A stretch of DNA of 63,580 nucleotides, counting the filler, from Trichomonas gallinae (taxonomy: Eukaryota): assembly GCA_008369845.1 (NCBI GenBank). It is 6 parts of 6 records of this genome, joined end to end, with 100 filler letters (N's around TTAATTAATTAA, not from the genome) between each part and the next. Parts side by side here need not be neighbours in the genome. Positions count along the whole stretch, not along the records: positions 1 to 22,100 come from MRSU01000465.1; positions 22,201 to 35,909 come from MRSU01000466.1; 4 more parts are not named here. One strand, written 5' to 3'. Positions within the stretch are counted from its first letter, which is position 1. Each line of letters opens with the position of its first letter. Shown here in pieces: positions 11,258 to 22,201 of the stretch. The notes under the pieces are model-generated. The model did not search any database, had not been told where the DNA came from, and worked only from the letters and a program-made list of their open reading frames with translations. The position numbers and the translations under genes are program-made.

Positions 11258-14200
11258 ATGTTGCCGGTTGCCAAGAAAGCTGGAAAAAAACGGCAACAGG
11301 ATACACTCTGTAAACTCCTTGCTGAAACTAAATATCAAGTGTTTAATATCACAAATGCGGCCAATACGTTTTTTAATACAGGTAATCGAGTATTATTCCG
11401 CACTGTGTGGATAAAATTAGCAAGAAGTCTAACAACTACATACAACATTCAGAATACAAAACGTCTCGCGAAGCTATCACAAGCCTATGATACAATATTC
11501 GAAAGGAGGCTACGAAAAGCAACAAATATGTGGAGGTATAGGACAAAATGGAAAGTAATGATACGAGAAATACGCATTCATGATGTTTTGGCGCAGATTC
11601 AATTTGCTATCCCAGAAATTCAACAAGAAAAACGCGAAGAAAGAGCCCTCAGATGGAATAAATTTGCAAATACACTACTAAGGAATGATAGAAATGATAA
11701 ATTGATCGATGCAGCGAATGAATGCGCAAATGAGAATCTTTTGAAGAGATCTTTCGAAGATTGGAAGGTTGCATTACAGAAAAGACGCACTATTAGACAG
11801 TCTAGAAGATCCAAATGGCAATCTCTTTCAAATAATTACTCACATTATGTACAGATGGAAGTTTTCAATCAAATTCTCAACCACAGAAGGAGACAAGAGA
11901 AGTGGGTTGAACTGGCAACACGAACTGCTCACAACAATCTCATCGAAAATCTAAACAAAGAATATAACAGACTTATGATGTCAAATACTCTCAACAACCT
12001 CGCTTTAGACTATTTATACAAGAAGTTAAAGGACAATCTTATCGCGGAGCACTCAAGGTTCTTCAACAAACGTTTGTGGAAAGGAATGATTGCAGATTAC
12101 AGCCATATTGCGAACATGAAACAAATTCAAAAAGAAAAATACAAATACGACTTAGGAAAGAAACTTTCGGCTCTTGCAGCAGCTGCTCTCAAAGCAGCCA
12201 GTCTTGCTTCTTGCGCTGAAGAGAAGCAGAAGCTCGACGAGAAATACGATGACCAAAGAAAAGGAGAATTGGTCAGACGCTGTTTCATATATTGGCGCGA
12301 CAAACAAGTTCCACGAACATTTGCAACAAATCAGCTGCAGAACATTTTCAACAACTTCCTGCAGCTATTCCAGGAGACAGCAGAGAACAACGCGGCGAGG
12401 ACAATACAGCAGTTCTGGTTAAAGGAATCAGACAGAATCGAGAGAAAACATCAGCTCATGAGAACATACTTCACGAAATGGTTGAACAAGAAAGAATCAA
12501 TCGTAAAAGATACAGTTGTTTTCCCTCAAGTCAATCTTACAATCGAGAATACTTTGTCAACAGATTTGAAGCAGTTCCCAGTAGTACCGGACTGTTCGCA
12601 TTTCGAATCATTGGATTTGATGGACTTCTTCAAGGAAACAGCTATAGAAAAGAAAGTTGCTGGAGCTGCTTGCCAAGCTATCGATGTTATCGAGCTCTTA
12701 GACTTCGTTCCTCAAGTAGGCAAGCCTATCATCTCATTGGAAAACCTCTGCGTGCCAGATGATGTCTTTTCTGAAGCAAAGCAGCAAAGCTTGAAATTTG
12801 CAAATTCGCTGCATTATCCGATAGAAACAGAATTCGCACAGACAATCGAAGAACTCTCGAAATCAGCCAAAAAGGATGCTTCATCGTTAGAAGGACTGGA
12901 GCCGAAAGAATTCCCGAAGATTTCAGAAGATCTCATTGATGAAATCGGAGAAGATGCTGCTTACGAAGAAAAGCTGGAAATCAATTTCGTTCAGCCAAAT
13001 AAGAACTTGAATTTACTTGGAAGTGTCAGGAAAATCCAGGAGTCTGATGTTTTGTCTTCATATTCAACCAATGATTTATACAACACGCCATTCAAGTTTG
13101 AAAGCGACATCGTTAATCTTTCTCTCGATTCACTTTTCAATCTCACAAAAATTAATTTCGAATATAATGTTGCTGACGCCGAAGATGTCGTCGATGACAT
13201 CAAATTCGACAACATTATTCCGTTGTTCAAAGAGCCAGTCGAGCGCAAACTGCACTGCATTCCAGGCTTATTCAAAGCAGATGATTGCGAGCAGAAAATC
13301 GACGAAGATGAAATCGGAAGTCTCGCGAACAATTTCAATCTCGATATTTTCAAGTCAGAAGTCGAGAAATGCATGTTGAAGCCTAAGGAGTACTTAATGC
13401 GTCTCACTAAAGAGCCAATCATCGTCTATGACAAGTCAATCGAATCAGCAGCTACGAATTTCTTGGACATTGATTACGTATATGATATGATAGAATTTAA
13501 CTCTACGAAGCCTTTAGAAAGAATGACTGTTGTTGGCGATTTAATAGAATTGAATGTTGAAATAGATGAAAAGAGATTAGAAGACGAAATAATGAAAGTC
13601 ATTTCACCAGAAAACTTCAAACTTTCTGTCAATCCAATCGAAAGACTCAAAGTTGTCAAAGAAGTCGAACAGAAAGATGAAATAGATGAGTATCCACTTG
13701 ATCTCGATCTTAATGATGTATTCACTGACTGCAACGCATTGACATTCTTAAATTCATCAACAGAGAAAGAATTGAATATAATGGGCGTTGACGAGCAAAT
13801 TAAGAACGAGATCTATTTCGAGCAGCCTTTCTTCGTCATGCCATACTACAGGAGAATCAAGAATTTCACACCACACGAAAAATTCGTCATCAACACAGAC
13901 AACGTTTTTGTTGATTATGTTCCACAGATTAGTTTGGATGGATTCACAATCGACTCACACAAGTCTATTTCAAATTACACGGCAATTGGAAATCTCGACA
14001 AGTTCATCGGAAGGATTCTACAGGAAGCAGAAGAAACAGCACACAGCGATGTCGTTATTGACATCGCTTTCGACTTAAAATCAATTTATCAGTCAAAGTT
14101 TTCGGAATTTTCAAGAGAAGAAACACCAGAATACGATATTTCCAAATATATCATGCAAGACTATCTTAAGCCAATTGAATTTTCGAATGTTGCAGATTTT

Positions 14201-17200
14201 ATTTCTCCACTGTCAAATATTTCAGCAATTTTCATTCCTGAAAACATTGACATTAAATATGATATTGACTGTAACATAGAATTCGATTATGACAGATCTG
14301 TTTATCCGTTAACAAACATCTCTAAGGTTGAGCTAGACACTGAATCAAATGAAAGAGAATGTGAAGAAGTTGCCAAAGAATATGATGTACAAATTCCTGA
14401 ATTTGAAACTTACATCGATCTCTCTAATTTATACAGATTCGCAATTGTCAACCAAGACACATTATTGTGCAGTATCTCTATTCCACTTGACGCATTGGAT
14501 GCAATTGTTGATATATCAAAGACAACAGACTTTTTGGAGAGAATTTCATCATCGCAAATCCCTTATATGGAATTGACATCAAATATCATGAAGCCGGAAG
14601 ATTTGACATTGAAATTTGGTTTGTCAGTCGATTCATTACAAAATATTACATTCAAGGAGCCACTCCCCGAGCGTGACATCATGATGAAGGACCTTCCACT
14701 CGATGGAGTTATCGAAAATATTGTCGAAAATGTCATGAATGTTGAAAAAGAAAGAATTCAGAATATTGTCATCGATGAAGGAATAGACATTCTTGCAGTT
14801 ATCAGCGACGAACTTGATGAAGCATTCGTAACAGCCATGAAAGAAGCTCTCCGTGAACAAGAAGATGATGAAGATGAAGAAGCAATTTCCAGAGAAATTG
14901 TTTCAGAAATGTTCAAGAATGAATCTCAAAATATTCCAACTGTCATCGAAGAAAAACCACTTGAGACATATCCAGAGCTCGAAAAGTTATTAGATGAAGC
15001 ATTCGTTGAAGCAATGAAGTTCGCCTTCAAGCAAATCAACCAAGAAAATGAAGAAGAGGAAGAAGACGAAATCGACGAAAATAAAATTGTCGAGAAAATG
15101 TTCAATGATGTCTCGAGTGAATTACTCAAGAAGAAGCTCGAAGAAAAGGTTGATATCCCAGAGTTTGCTAGTGTTCTTGATGATGCATTCAAGACTTCTT
15201 TCATTTACGCGCTCAAAGAGGAAGAACAAGAAGAAGAAAAGCCAGATGAAGTCAAAGGAATTCCATTGGACGTACTCGATAAAAGCCTTGACAAGCAGAC
15301 AGTTATCAGCGTCGCCATCAATGTTTTGCACAATATTCGCGCTCTCGATGTCCTCTCTGATAGGAATGACCAGCCTCTTCCATTAGAAGTTGTTCAATCC
15401 CACGATAAAGAAGAAAAGCAAAAAGAAGAAGTTTCTGTTTCAATGGAAAACGATTTGGAGAAAGCAGTCAGAGAAGTTGTTGGCTTCACTGTTCAGCAGC
15501 ACGAAGGAGTGTTTGAGCACATCGCGTCATTGCTTCCTGAAGCGATCGAGAAGCCACCAGTTGACGGGAAAAAGCAATATTTGTCTCAGTTATTCGGCGA
15601 TTTCATCAATTCTGTTATTACTCTCTCAACACAAAACATTTTCAATGCGTTGGATGTTCTCGATTACAAGCCGAAGAAAGAGAAGTCAGCTCACCACAGC
15701 AGGAGGAGCTCAAGAGCCAAGGCAAAAGGCGAAAAGACAGATGATGGAACACAAGCATCAGAATCACAACAAATTGATGAATTACAAGAAATCAAAGAAT
15801 CATTTGACAAAGCGATTGAAGAAGTTTCGCAGAATGTTATCGAGAGACACTTAGAGATTTCCGTCCCAGAACACGAAGTCCAAGAACAGCCGAAGAAAGT
15901 CGAAGAAAAACCAGTCGAGATACAGAAAGAAGATGTTATGGGAATCTTCGAAAACATTCTCGAAAATGCTGTTGAAAAGGCAGTTAAATTCGATGCCGAA
16001 TTCGGTGTCAATGATGTCCAAGAACTCTCAGAAAGTTATGTTGAAGAAGAAGAAGAGCTCAAGCCAGAAGCATCAAGAGACATTGCTTACGAAGAAGAAC
16101 AAATGTCAGCAGCTCTCGAATTTTCACCAGAAGAATTTGTTCCTTTGTTCGACGAAGCCCTCAAATCTTCTGTCAAATACGCAACAGAAGCTGCTAAAGA
16201 CATCAGCTTCATCCCACAAGGCAAAGCTGAAGAAATTGAAGAAGAAGAGAAGAAAGAAAATGATTTCAGGCAACAATTCGAGGAAGGATTTGATGAAGCA
16301 ATTATTGAAATTGCCAATTCTTCTGCCTACAAGAACATTCATGCCATCAATGAATTGGGCAAAGACATTTCAGATGTTACAGAGTCAAAGCCAGAGAAGA
16401 AGGTCGAAGAAAAGAAAGAAGAAAAACCAGAAAAGAAAGAGGAAAAATTCGATATTCCAGAACTCGACAATGCAGTCAAAGAAGTCACTGAAAATGCTGT
16501 CATTAAGAATGTAGAAGCTCTCGACAAGGAATTCTACGACCTTGAATTACCTGAAAAGACTAAGCAAGAGCCAAAGAAAGAGGAAGAACCAAAGAAGGAA
16601 GAAGAAATGAAAGAAAACCCAGATGAAGTCAAAGATTTCATTTCATCCAATTTCGATGCACAAATCATTTCTTCTGCTACTACAATGCTTCAAACAACAC
16701 TCGATGCAATCACAGGAATCCAATACAAGCTCAAATCAGAATCCAAATCTCACCATTCTCATCACGAAAAGAAAGAAAAATCTGCAAAGCCACAAAACGA
16801 AGAAAACAAAGAGGAAGAAAAAGCCAAAGAAGAAGAGAAAATTGAGGAGAAGAAAGTTGAAGAAGATAAGGTTGAATTGGATCCAAAGATTGAAGATGTT
16901 ATTGATGAAGTTGTTAAAACATGGCTTGATAGAGTTTTGTCGATTGATTATTGTCCATTTGACGAAGAAAATGTTAAAGCCAAGAAGCCACAAGAAGAAG
17001 AGAAGCAGAAACCAGAACCAATTGATATCACTAATGAATTCGCAAACATCTTAGACGAATCATTAGAGAAATCAGTTAAGTCAGCAATAGAGAAAGTCAA
17101 AGACATCGAAACAACGCAAACAGATGTTGTTGAAATCGAAGAAGAAGAGGAAGAAATTCCAGAAGAGAAGAAGAGTGATGAAATCGAATTTGCCGAACAA

Positions 17201-18277
17201 CCAGAAGAAGAAGGGGAGGAAGAGGTAGATGATGTTGGCGAAATTGCTGAGAAGATCAGCAAGAAGATGCTCAAGGATGTTTCTAAGATGGTTATAGAGA
17301 GACTTGAAGAGAAGCCAGAAGAAATTGATGTTCGTGATGACTTCGAGAAGATTGTCGACAGGTCATTATTCGATGCTTTAAGTTTCGCGCTCAAGCCAGA
17401 AGAGAAAGATGACGTCGATATCACTCCTGAGTTCTCCAACATTCTCGATGAAGCATTCATGAAATCATTCATTTATGCATCAATGCCACAAGAGCATGAA
17501 AAGCCATCGAGAAGAACAAGTCAAGTTTCTCCACCGCCAAGTCCGAACAAAATCAGGATCACAGAGCTCGCTCTTTCTCTCGAAAACGTTGTCAGTGGTT
17601 TACTTTCCAATTTCATCGACCAAGAATGCGACTCAATCAACAACTTCTTCCTGGACTTCATCGCGCACAACGGCGAAGAAGTTCCACCTCAAGCTGAGCT
17701 CAAGAAATCAGACTCTGTCAGCAACTTCTTCAAGGATGTTTCGAGGCCAGACTTCCATCCTCCAGGACTCAAAACTATCCAAGAACTGGAGCCACTCAAC
17801 CTCTACTTAGAAAGCTACATCGACCAAGCAGTTATTTCATTCTCCGCGCAGTCAATAAACCAGCCACTCGCAGTTTCCGAAATGATATACACAATCAAAG
17901 AGAAGAAATCAGAAAAACACGGCGAAACGCATGGTGAAAAGCATCACAAATCACACAAATCTCACAGAACACACGACAAATCTAAAAAATCAAGCAACAA
18001 AGATGAGTACAATCTCGATAAACTTTCTAAATCGATAGATAACATGATCCATGATGTCTCAAAGATGACAGTAGAGCCACACTTTGACTTAGTACTTTTG
18101 ATCCCAGAGAGCTCAGACAAGCCACACCAGAAACCAGTAGAAGCTCCAAAGCCAAGAAAAGTCGAACAAGTTGACGACAACGAAAGACCAGATTACATAG
18201 AGGAATTAGACAAGGCATTCGACAAAGAGATAGAAAATGTAGCAAAGAATGCCGTTAAGATTGATTTCGATATATAA
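11258..18277 (+). CDS. Giant (2339 aa) protein: basic Sfi1/IQ-like N-terminus plus acidic repetitive C-terminus
   Basis: Single long ORF. LLKRSFEDWK, LVRRCFIYWR and LMRTYFTKW resemble Sfi1 repeats, and AARTIQQFW is IQ-like. LDEAF/FDxA helical repeats and E/K tracts follow. Confidence 0.8.
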   Translation: MLPVAKKAGKKRQQDTLCKLLAETKYQVFNITNAANTFFNTGNRVLFRTVWIKLARSLTTTYNIQNTKRLAKLSQAYDTIFERRLRKATNMWRYRTKWKVMIREIRIHDVLAQIQFAIPEIQQEKREERALRWNKFANTLLRNDRNDKLIDAANECANENLLKRSFEDWKVALQKRRTIRQSRRSKWQSLSNNYSHYVQMEVFNQILNHRRRQEKWVELATRTAHNNLIENLNKEYNRLMMSNTLNNLALDYLYKKLKDNLIAEHSRFFNKRLWKGMIADYSHIANMKQIQKEKYKYDLGKKLSALAAAALKAASLASCAEEKQKLDEKYDDQRKGELVRRCFIYWRDKQVPRTFATNQLQNIFNNFLQLFQETAENNAARTIQQFWLKESDRIERKHQLMRTYFTKWLNKKESIVKDTVVFPQVNLTIENTLSTDLKQFPVVPDCSHFESLDLMDFFKETAIEKKVAGAACQAIDVIELLDFVPQVGKPIISLENLCVPDDVFSEAKQQSLKFANSLHYPIETEFAQTIEELSKSAKKDASSLEGLEPKEFPKISEDLIDEIGEDAAYEEKLEINFVQPNKNLNLLGSVRKIQESDVLSSYSTNDLYNTPFKFESDIVNLSLDSLFNLTKINFEYNVADAEDVVDDIKFDNIIPLFKEPVERKLHCIPGLFKADDCEQKIDEDEIGSLANNFNLDIFKSEVEKCMLKPKEYLMRLTKEPIIVYDKSIESAATNFLDIDYVYDMIEFNSTKPLERMTVVGDLIELNVEIDEKRLEDEIMKVISPENFKLSVNPIERLKVVKEVEQKDEIDEYPLDLDLNDVFTDCNALTFLNSSTEKELNIMGVDEQIKNEIYFEQPFFVMPYYRRIKNFTPHEKFVINTDNVFVDYVPQISLDGFTIDSHKSISNYTAIGNLDKFIGRILQEAEETAHSDVVIDIAFDLKSIYQSKFSEFSREETPEYDISKYIMQDYLKPIEFSNVADFISPLSNISAIFIPENIDIKYDIDCNIEFDYDRSVYPLTNISKVELDTESNERECEEVAKEYDVQIPEFETYIDLSNLYRFAIVNQDTLLCSISIPLDALDAIVDISKTTDFLERISSSQIPYMELTSNIMKPEDLTLKFGLSVDSLQNITFKEPLPERDIMMKDLPLDGVIENIVENVMNVEKERIQNIVIDEGIDILAVISDELDEAFVTAMKEALREQEDDEDEEAISREIVSEMFKNESQNIPTVIEEKPLETYPELEKLLDEAFVEAMKFAFKQINQENEEEEEDEIDENKIVEKMFNDVSSELLKKKLEEKVDIPEFASVLDDAFKTSFIYALKEEEQEEEKPDEVKGIPLDVLDKSLDKQTVISVAINVLHNIRALDVLSDRNDQPLPLEVVQSHDKEEKQKEEVSVSMENDLEKAVREVVGFTVQQHEGVFEHIASLLPEAIEKPPVDGKKQYLSQLFGDFINSVITLSTQNIFNALDVLDYKPKKEKSAHHSRRSSRAKAKGEKTDDGTQASESQQIDELQEIKESFDKAIEEVSQNVIERHLEISVPEHEVQEQPKKVEEKPVEIQKEDVMGIFENILENAVEKAVKFDAEFGVNDVQELSESYVEEEEELKPEASRDIAYEEEQMSAALEFSPEEFVPLFDEALKSSVKYATEAAKDISFIPQGKAEEIEEEEKKENDFRQQFEEGFDEAIIEIANSSAYKNIHAINELGKDISDVTESKPEKKVEEKKEEKPEKKEEKFDIPELDNAVKEVTENAVIKNVEALDKEFYDLELPEKTKQEPKKEEEPKKEEEMKENPDEVKDFISSNFDAQIISSATTMLQTTLDAITGIQYKLKSESKSHHSHHEKKEKSAKPQNEENKEEEKAKEEEKIEEKKVEEDKVELDPKIEDVIDEVVKTWLDRVLSIDYCPFDEENVKAKKPQEEEKQKPEPIDITNEFANILDESLEKSVKSAIEKVKDIETTQTDVVEIEEEEEEIPEEKKSDEIEFAEQPEEEGEEEVDDVGEIAEKISKKMLKDVSKMVIERLEEKPEEIDVRDDFEKIVDRSLFDALSFALKPEEKDDVDITPEFSNILDEAFMKSFIYASMPQEHEKPSRRTSQVSPPPSPNKIRITELALSLENVVSGLLSNFIDQECDSINNFFLDFIAHNGEEVPPQAELKKSDSVSNFFKDVSRPDFHPPGLKTIQELEPLNLYLESYIDQAVISFSAQSINQPLAVSEMIYTIKEKKSEKHGETHGEKHHKSHKSHRTHDKSKKSSNKDEYNLDKLSKSIDNMIHDVSKMTVEPHFDLVLLIPESSDKPHQKPVEAPKPRKVEQVDDNERPDYIEELDKAFDKEIENVAKNAVKIDFDI

Positions 18278-18615
18278 CACCTATATATTTATTTTGTTTT
18301 ATTTATATTAAATTGATATGTTAATAAATTCTCATTGTTTTATATGTTTAATTAACAAATCATTAAATTTTTCAAAATACTAAGCTTAACAGTGATTAAA
18401 ACTAATAAAATTAATACATTTTAAAATTTGATAGATTTATATCAAAATCAATCAAAAATAATGTAAGTATTTGTTCTATATATGTATAATTTATGTGATT
18501 TTGGGAATTTTGTGCGAATAAAAATGTTGATAAAAAATATTCCATGAAAATTTTGAGTTTTTAAGTGAAATAGTATAGATATGGAGATGCATAAGAGTAA
18601 ATTAACATATATTCT

Positions 18616-19719
18616 TTATTCTGTCTGTATTTTTGGTTGAATCTTTTTTGTTTCATTTTCTGGGATTGTGTCGGCCTTTGTTTCAACCTTCTCCTTCTTT
18701 GGAGCTGGTTTGTCCATAAAACTGCTGAAGAGCGAGAAAATCGCGTAAATTCCAGAAAGTAAGCCTCCTGTTGAGATGAGGAATGCTCTGAAGCTTCTGC
18801 TCCTCCATGTAACAGAGATTGTGTATGGTGTGAATGAGTAGAAGAAGTAGATTCCTGGAGTCATCCATTGATTTGATGCAACAAGGACTGTGTATTCGAA
18901 ACTCTTTTCAATGTACTGTCCATCAGCAAAGAAGACGACTGGTGTGATCATTAAGTGATATTCGTAAGCTCTTATAATACCATCAGAATTTACCTGAGTT
19001 CCGCGAAGTGGATTTGAAATCATTGGAAGGTTTGCACCAAATCTAAGATCGTTGATTACATGAGAAAACTCTAATGACGGATAATCATCCAATAAAATAT
19101 GAGAATGGCCGTAATTATCATAACTTTGTCCAATTGCGATGTGGAAACTGCCTGGAACTCTGTTGATGCTAACTTTGCCCTTGACTTGGCATTTTTCGTG
19201 CTTACTAAATTGTTGTTTGTTTTCTGGCTTGCATTGCGGCCATTCATCAGGGTTAGCTGTTTTATTCTCTTGTTGGTAGAGTTCTTTCAGCTTTTCGCAT
19301 CCGTTGCAGCAAATAGAGCTGTCATATAACTCATAACATGGATGGCAAACTTTCTGTTTGTTGTAGATGCCTACAACACTTTCCGCTTCGTTCAATTTCC
19401 TCCACTTAATTGTGTCGTTCACGTAGTACTGCTTGTGACCAATGGAATCGAGGACATCAATATGCAAAAGTTCGCATGGCATGTTTACGATGACGTTTAA
19501 TGATACATTGACTAAATCTGTTCTTGTTGCGTGAATTTGATCGGTTGATAAATCTCTGTGTATTTGTGGCGTGACCATTAAAATGATTTGCGCGAAGATT
19601 AAGAAAGTTGAAATGAAAGACATAGCTTGAGAGACGTAAAACATGTTATCCTCCGATAAAACTAAGTCCTGATTCTCAATCTTATCGAAAGCATCAATTT
19701 TTTTCAAGAAATCTTTCAT
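18616..19719 (-). CDS. ER-Golgi intermediate compartment protein (Erv41/Erv46/ERGIC family)
   Basis: KKIDAFDK, MPCELLHIDVLD, CCNGCE, CQVKGKVSINRVPGSFHI, FSHVINDLRFG and PGIYFFYSFTP, with two TM segments. Likely start MKDFLKK at 19719. Confidence 0.9.
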   Translation of the reverse strand: MKDFLKKIDAFDKIENQDLVLSEDNMFYVSQAMSFISTFLIFAQIILMVTPQIHRDLSTDQIHATRTDLVNVSLNVIVNMPCELLHIDVLDSIGHKQYYVNDTIKWRKLNEAESVVGIYNKQKVCHPCYELYDSSICCNGCEKLKELYQQENKTANPDEWPQCKPENKQQFSKHEKCQVKGKVSINRVPGSFHIAIGQSYDNYGHSHILLDDYPSLEFSHVINDLRFGANLPMISNPLRGTQVNSDGIIRAYEYHLMITPVVFFADGQYIEKSFEYTVLVASNQWMTPGIYFFYSFTPYTISVTWRSRSFRAFLISTGGLLSGIYAIFSLFSSFMDKPAPKKEKVETKADTIPENETKKIQPKIQTE

Positions 19720-20305
19720 ATTATAATTTTTTGTCAATTTTGCTGATTTGACGCGTAAACTTTTTTAACGTGCGCAAATTTTCTTTTTATTCTTTTCGAT
19801 ATAACAACTAAATATTTTAATTATGAAGTCTTTTATAAGTGTGTTTTATTATATATATTTTTGATGTTTTGCTGATTTATTATTGTTCATTTTTTGAAGC
19901 AATCATATATGGAGTTTTATTACTTTTATCTTTTGCATTGAGAATATATTATTTTTTTTTTATATTAATTTTAATGTATTTCACATATCAAGACTCATCA
20001 TATCCCACAATATATTATCACATTAAGTTTCAATATTCCATGATGCATCAAAAAAAAAAAAAAAGAAGAAGAAAAGAACTAAAATATATCAATGATTTTA
20101 AATGAGGATTTTCATCAGTAGTAATGTTGTAGATGCCATCGTAAATGTTTCGAACACATTATTTAGCCTATAAATATGTTAATGTTTTATAGAACTCTGT
20201 TCAAATAAAGTCATTCTCGAATAAATCATAGCATTTTAAATATCAACCAAAATCTATTAAAAATATTATCTGACATGTAAAAATTTAGTTGTCATTTTTT
20301 ATCGT

Positions 20306-21862
20306 ATGGAAATTTCAAGTTCGCGATTTATTCTTTCTGTTTGGGGATTCATTGCCATTGCTGCTCTTAGCGTGCTGTGCATCAGGCCAATCAACTCAAA
20401 TATCGCTCGTTTCGATAGAAAAGAAGATTTCGTAGACAAATTAAACGAAAAAATATTGGAAAGCAATGTTGCTTTGCGAAATGCTGGCTTCTTTGGCGAT
20501 GAAGATCCAAAGAAACTTCGTTTCGTAAAGCGATCTTTCCTCGATTTGTGGTTAAAATACAAAAATTTAGCATGGACACACGATGTGATAGATAATGACA
20601 ATGGATTCGATGACTACACATACCAAGCGCAAACAATGATATCATCAATCGGAACATTATCAATCATGGGCTTAAATAGAGAAAAAACAGAAGTAGAAAA
20701 ATACTTTAACAAAACATTTAATCATCCAAAAGGATCTACACGTTTGTCTGACTACTTTGGACATGTAATTGAAGCATTTGAGTCAGCCTACGAAATAACA
20801 AAATGCACAACTTACTCAAATAACGTTCAAGGATATTTACCACAGTTAAATGGGAGTGTATATGATGGGACAGATGTTTTAACTGTGAAAGACAAACTTC
20901 TTGTCCCTTCAGGAAATCCAATATTTAATATTCACGAATTTTCATCAATTATATTCTCATGTTTGCAAATATTCAAGACAACACTTACAAAAAGCTACTT
21001 TTATCAGTCATTAAAAACACTTGATAAAATTATTCAATCACGACCGAATGGACTTCACCAAAACCTGTTTAATTACAACACTATATCAGAGGTATTCGGA
21101 ATATTAAGCTTTGACAGCAATGGATACAGTATTTACGAAACTATGCTGAAAGCTTGTTTATTGACGCGTGGATCTCTTCCTTCCGTCCAAAAACATGTTA
21201 ATAATGCATTAGAGATATTTATACAGAACTTTGTTGAGATAAGAGGCGATTGTGCATATATTATAAGATATAATGAAACAATTAGAGAAAATATTGTTAC
21301 TCTCGACAGTTTCTTGCTTGCTGGACTCTTAAAACTTCACAGAAATATTCATCCAAACGATATCTATAGATATGGTCAAATTGCTGATAAATTAGTAAAT
21401 GGATTATTAGAATATCTAAAAATTAATGAAAATGGACTTCCACCGCGAACTGCCAGATTGGATGGAGACAGACTCATCGCAGAAGATAACGTTTATGACT
21501 TAAGTCACAGATTTTTGGAGACTTTATTAATATTCTACAGATCTACCCATGATATGAAGTTCAGAGACGCTGCCTGGAGGATCTTCAAGGCCGTCAACGA
21601 GTCATGCACAACTGAATATGGCTACTGTCCAGTGAAAATTGAGCCAGATGGATCAACGAAACAGCTCCACAAAGAAGTCAGGCCAACTGTTTTTTCTGGC
21701 TTCTTTAAATTGATGTATCTGATGTTTAGCGACTCTTCAGTCATAGATCTTGATAACTGGATCATCTCTCCTGCTGGACATCCTCTTAAAGTTTGGTCTA
21801 GCTCGAATACTTTCATTGATGCAGAGGTTTTTGCTGCTGCATCTCGAATGAATGTTTTTTAA
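20306..21862 (+). CDS. Divergent GH47 mannosidase-like type II membrane protein, predicted inactive
   Basis: N-terminal TM. Collinear with GH47 (FRDAAWRIFKAV, KLMYLMFSD, WIISPAGHPL) but the catalytic and Ca-binding motifs are replaced. Confidence 0.75.
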   Translation: MEISSSRFILSVWGFIAIAALSVLCIRPINSNIARFDRKEDFVDKLNEKILESNVALRNAGFFGDEDPKKLRFVKRSFLDLWLKYKNLAWTHDVIDNDNGFDDYTYQAQTMISSIGTLSIMGLNREKTEVEKYFNKTFNHPKGSTRLSDYFGHVIEAFESAYEITKCTTYSNNVQGYLPQLNGSVYDGTDVLTVKDKLLVPSGNPIFNIHEFSSIIFSCLQIFKTTLTKSYFYQSLKTLDKIIQSRPNGLHQNLFNYNTISEVFGILSFDSNGYSIYETMLKACLLTRGSLPSVQKHVNNALEIFIQNFVEIRGDCAYIIRYNETIRENIVTLDSFLLAGLLKLHRNIHPNDIYRYGQIADKLVNGLLEYLKINENGLPPRTARLDGDRLIAEDNVYDLSHRFLETLLIFYRSTHDMKFRDAAWRIFKAVNESCTTEYGYCPVKIEPDGSTKQLHKEVRPTVFSGFFKLMYLMFSDSSVIDLDNWIISPAGHPLKVWSSSNTFIDAEVFAAASRMNVF

Positions 21863-22023
21863 TGAAAAAAAAAAATCAAAATGTTTGTTTGTTAGAATAA
21901 ATATATATATATATATAATACTATCTATATGATATTATATCTATATAAACTTGAATGAGATCTCCAGAAATTTTCAAACTGTTCCAACATTTTTCATAAT
22001 GATTTTTTAATTTTTTTTTTTTT

Positions 22024-22100
22024 TTAAGGGTGCACCGTATTGTAAAATGTAAACATCACAATTTTTTTAATGCTAAAAATCATGATGTTCTTGAACCTAT
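22024..22100 (+). mobile_element. TTAA-flanked transposon terminus (Kolobok-like) at a contig end
   Basis: TTAA-GGGTGCACCG, then runs into the gap. 22045-22066 is the exact reverse complement of 39107-39128. Confidence 0.4.
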
Positions 22101-22200
22101 NNNNNNNNNNNNNNNNNNNNNNNNNNNNNNNNNNNNNNNNNNNNTTAATTAATTAANNNNNNNNNNNNNNNNNNNNNNNNNNNNNNNNNNNNNNNNNNNN
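22101..22200. other. Artificial contig-joining linker (44 N + TTAATTAATTAA + 44 N)
   Basis: Six-frame-stop linker. Identical structures at 35910-36009, 41329-41428, 46122-46221 and 51671-51770. Confidence 0.97.
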
Positions 22201-22201
22201 T

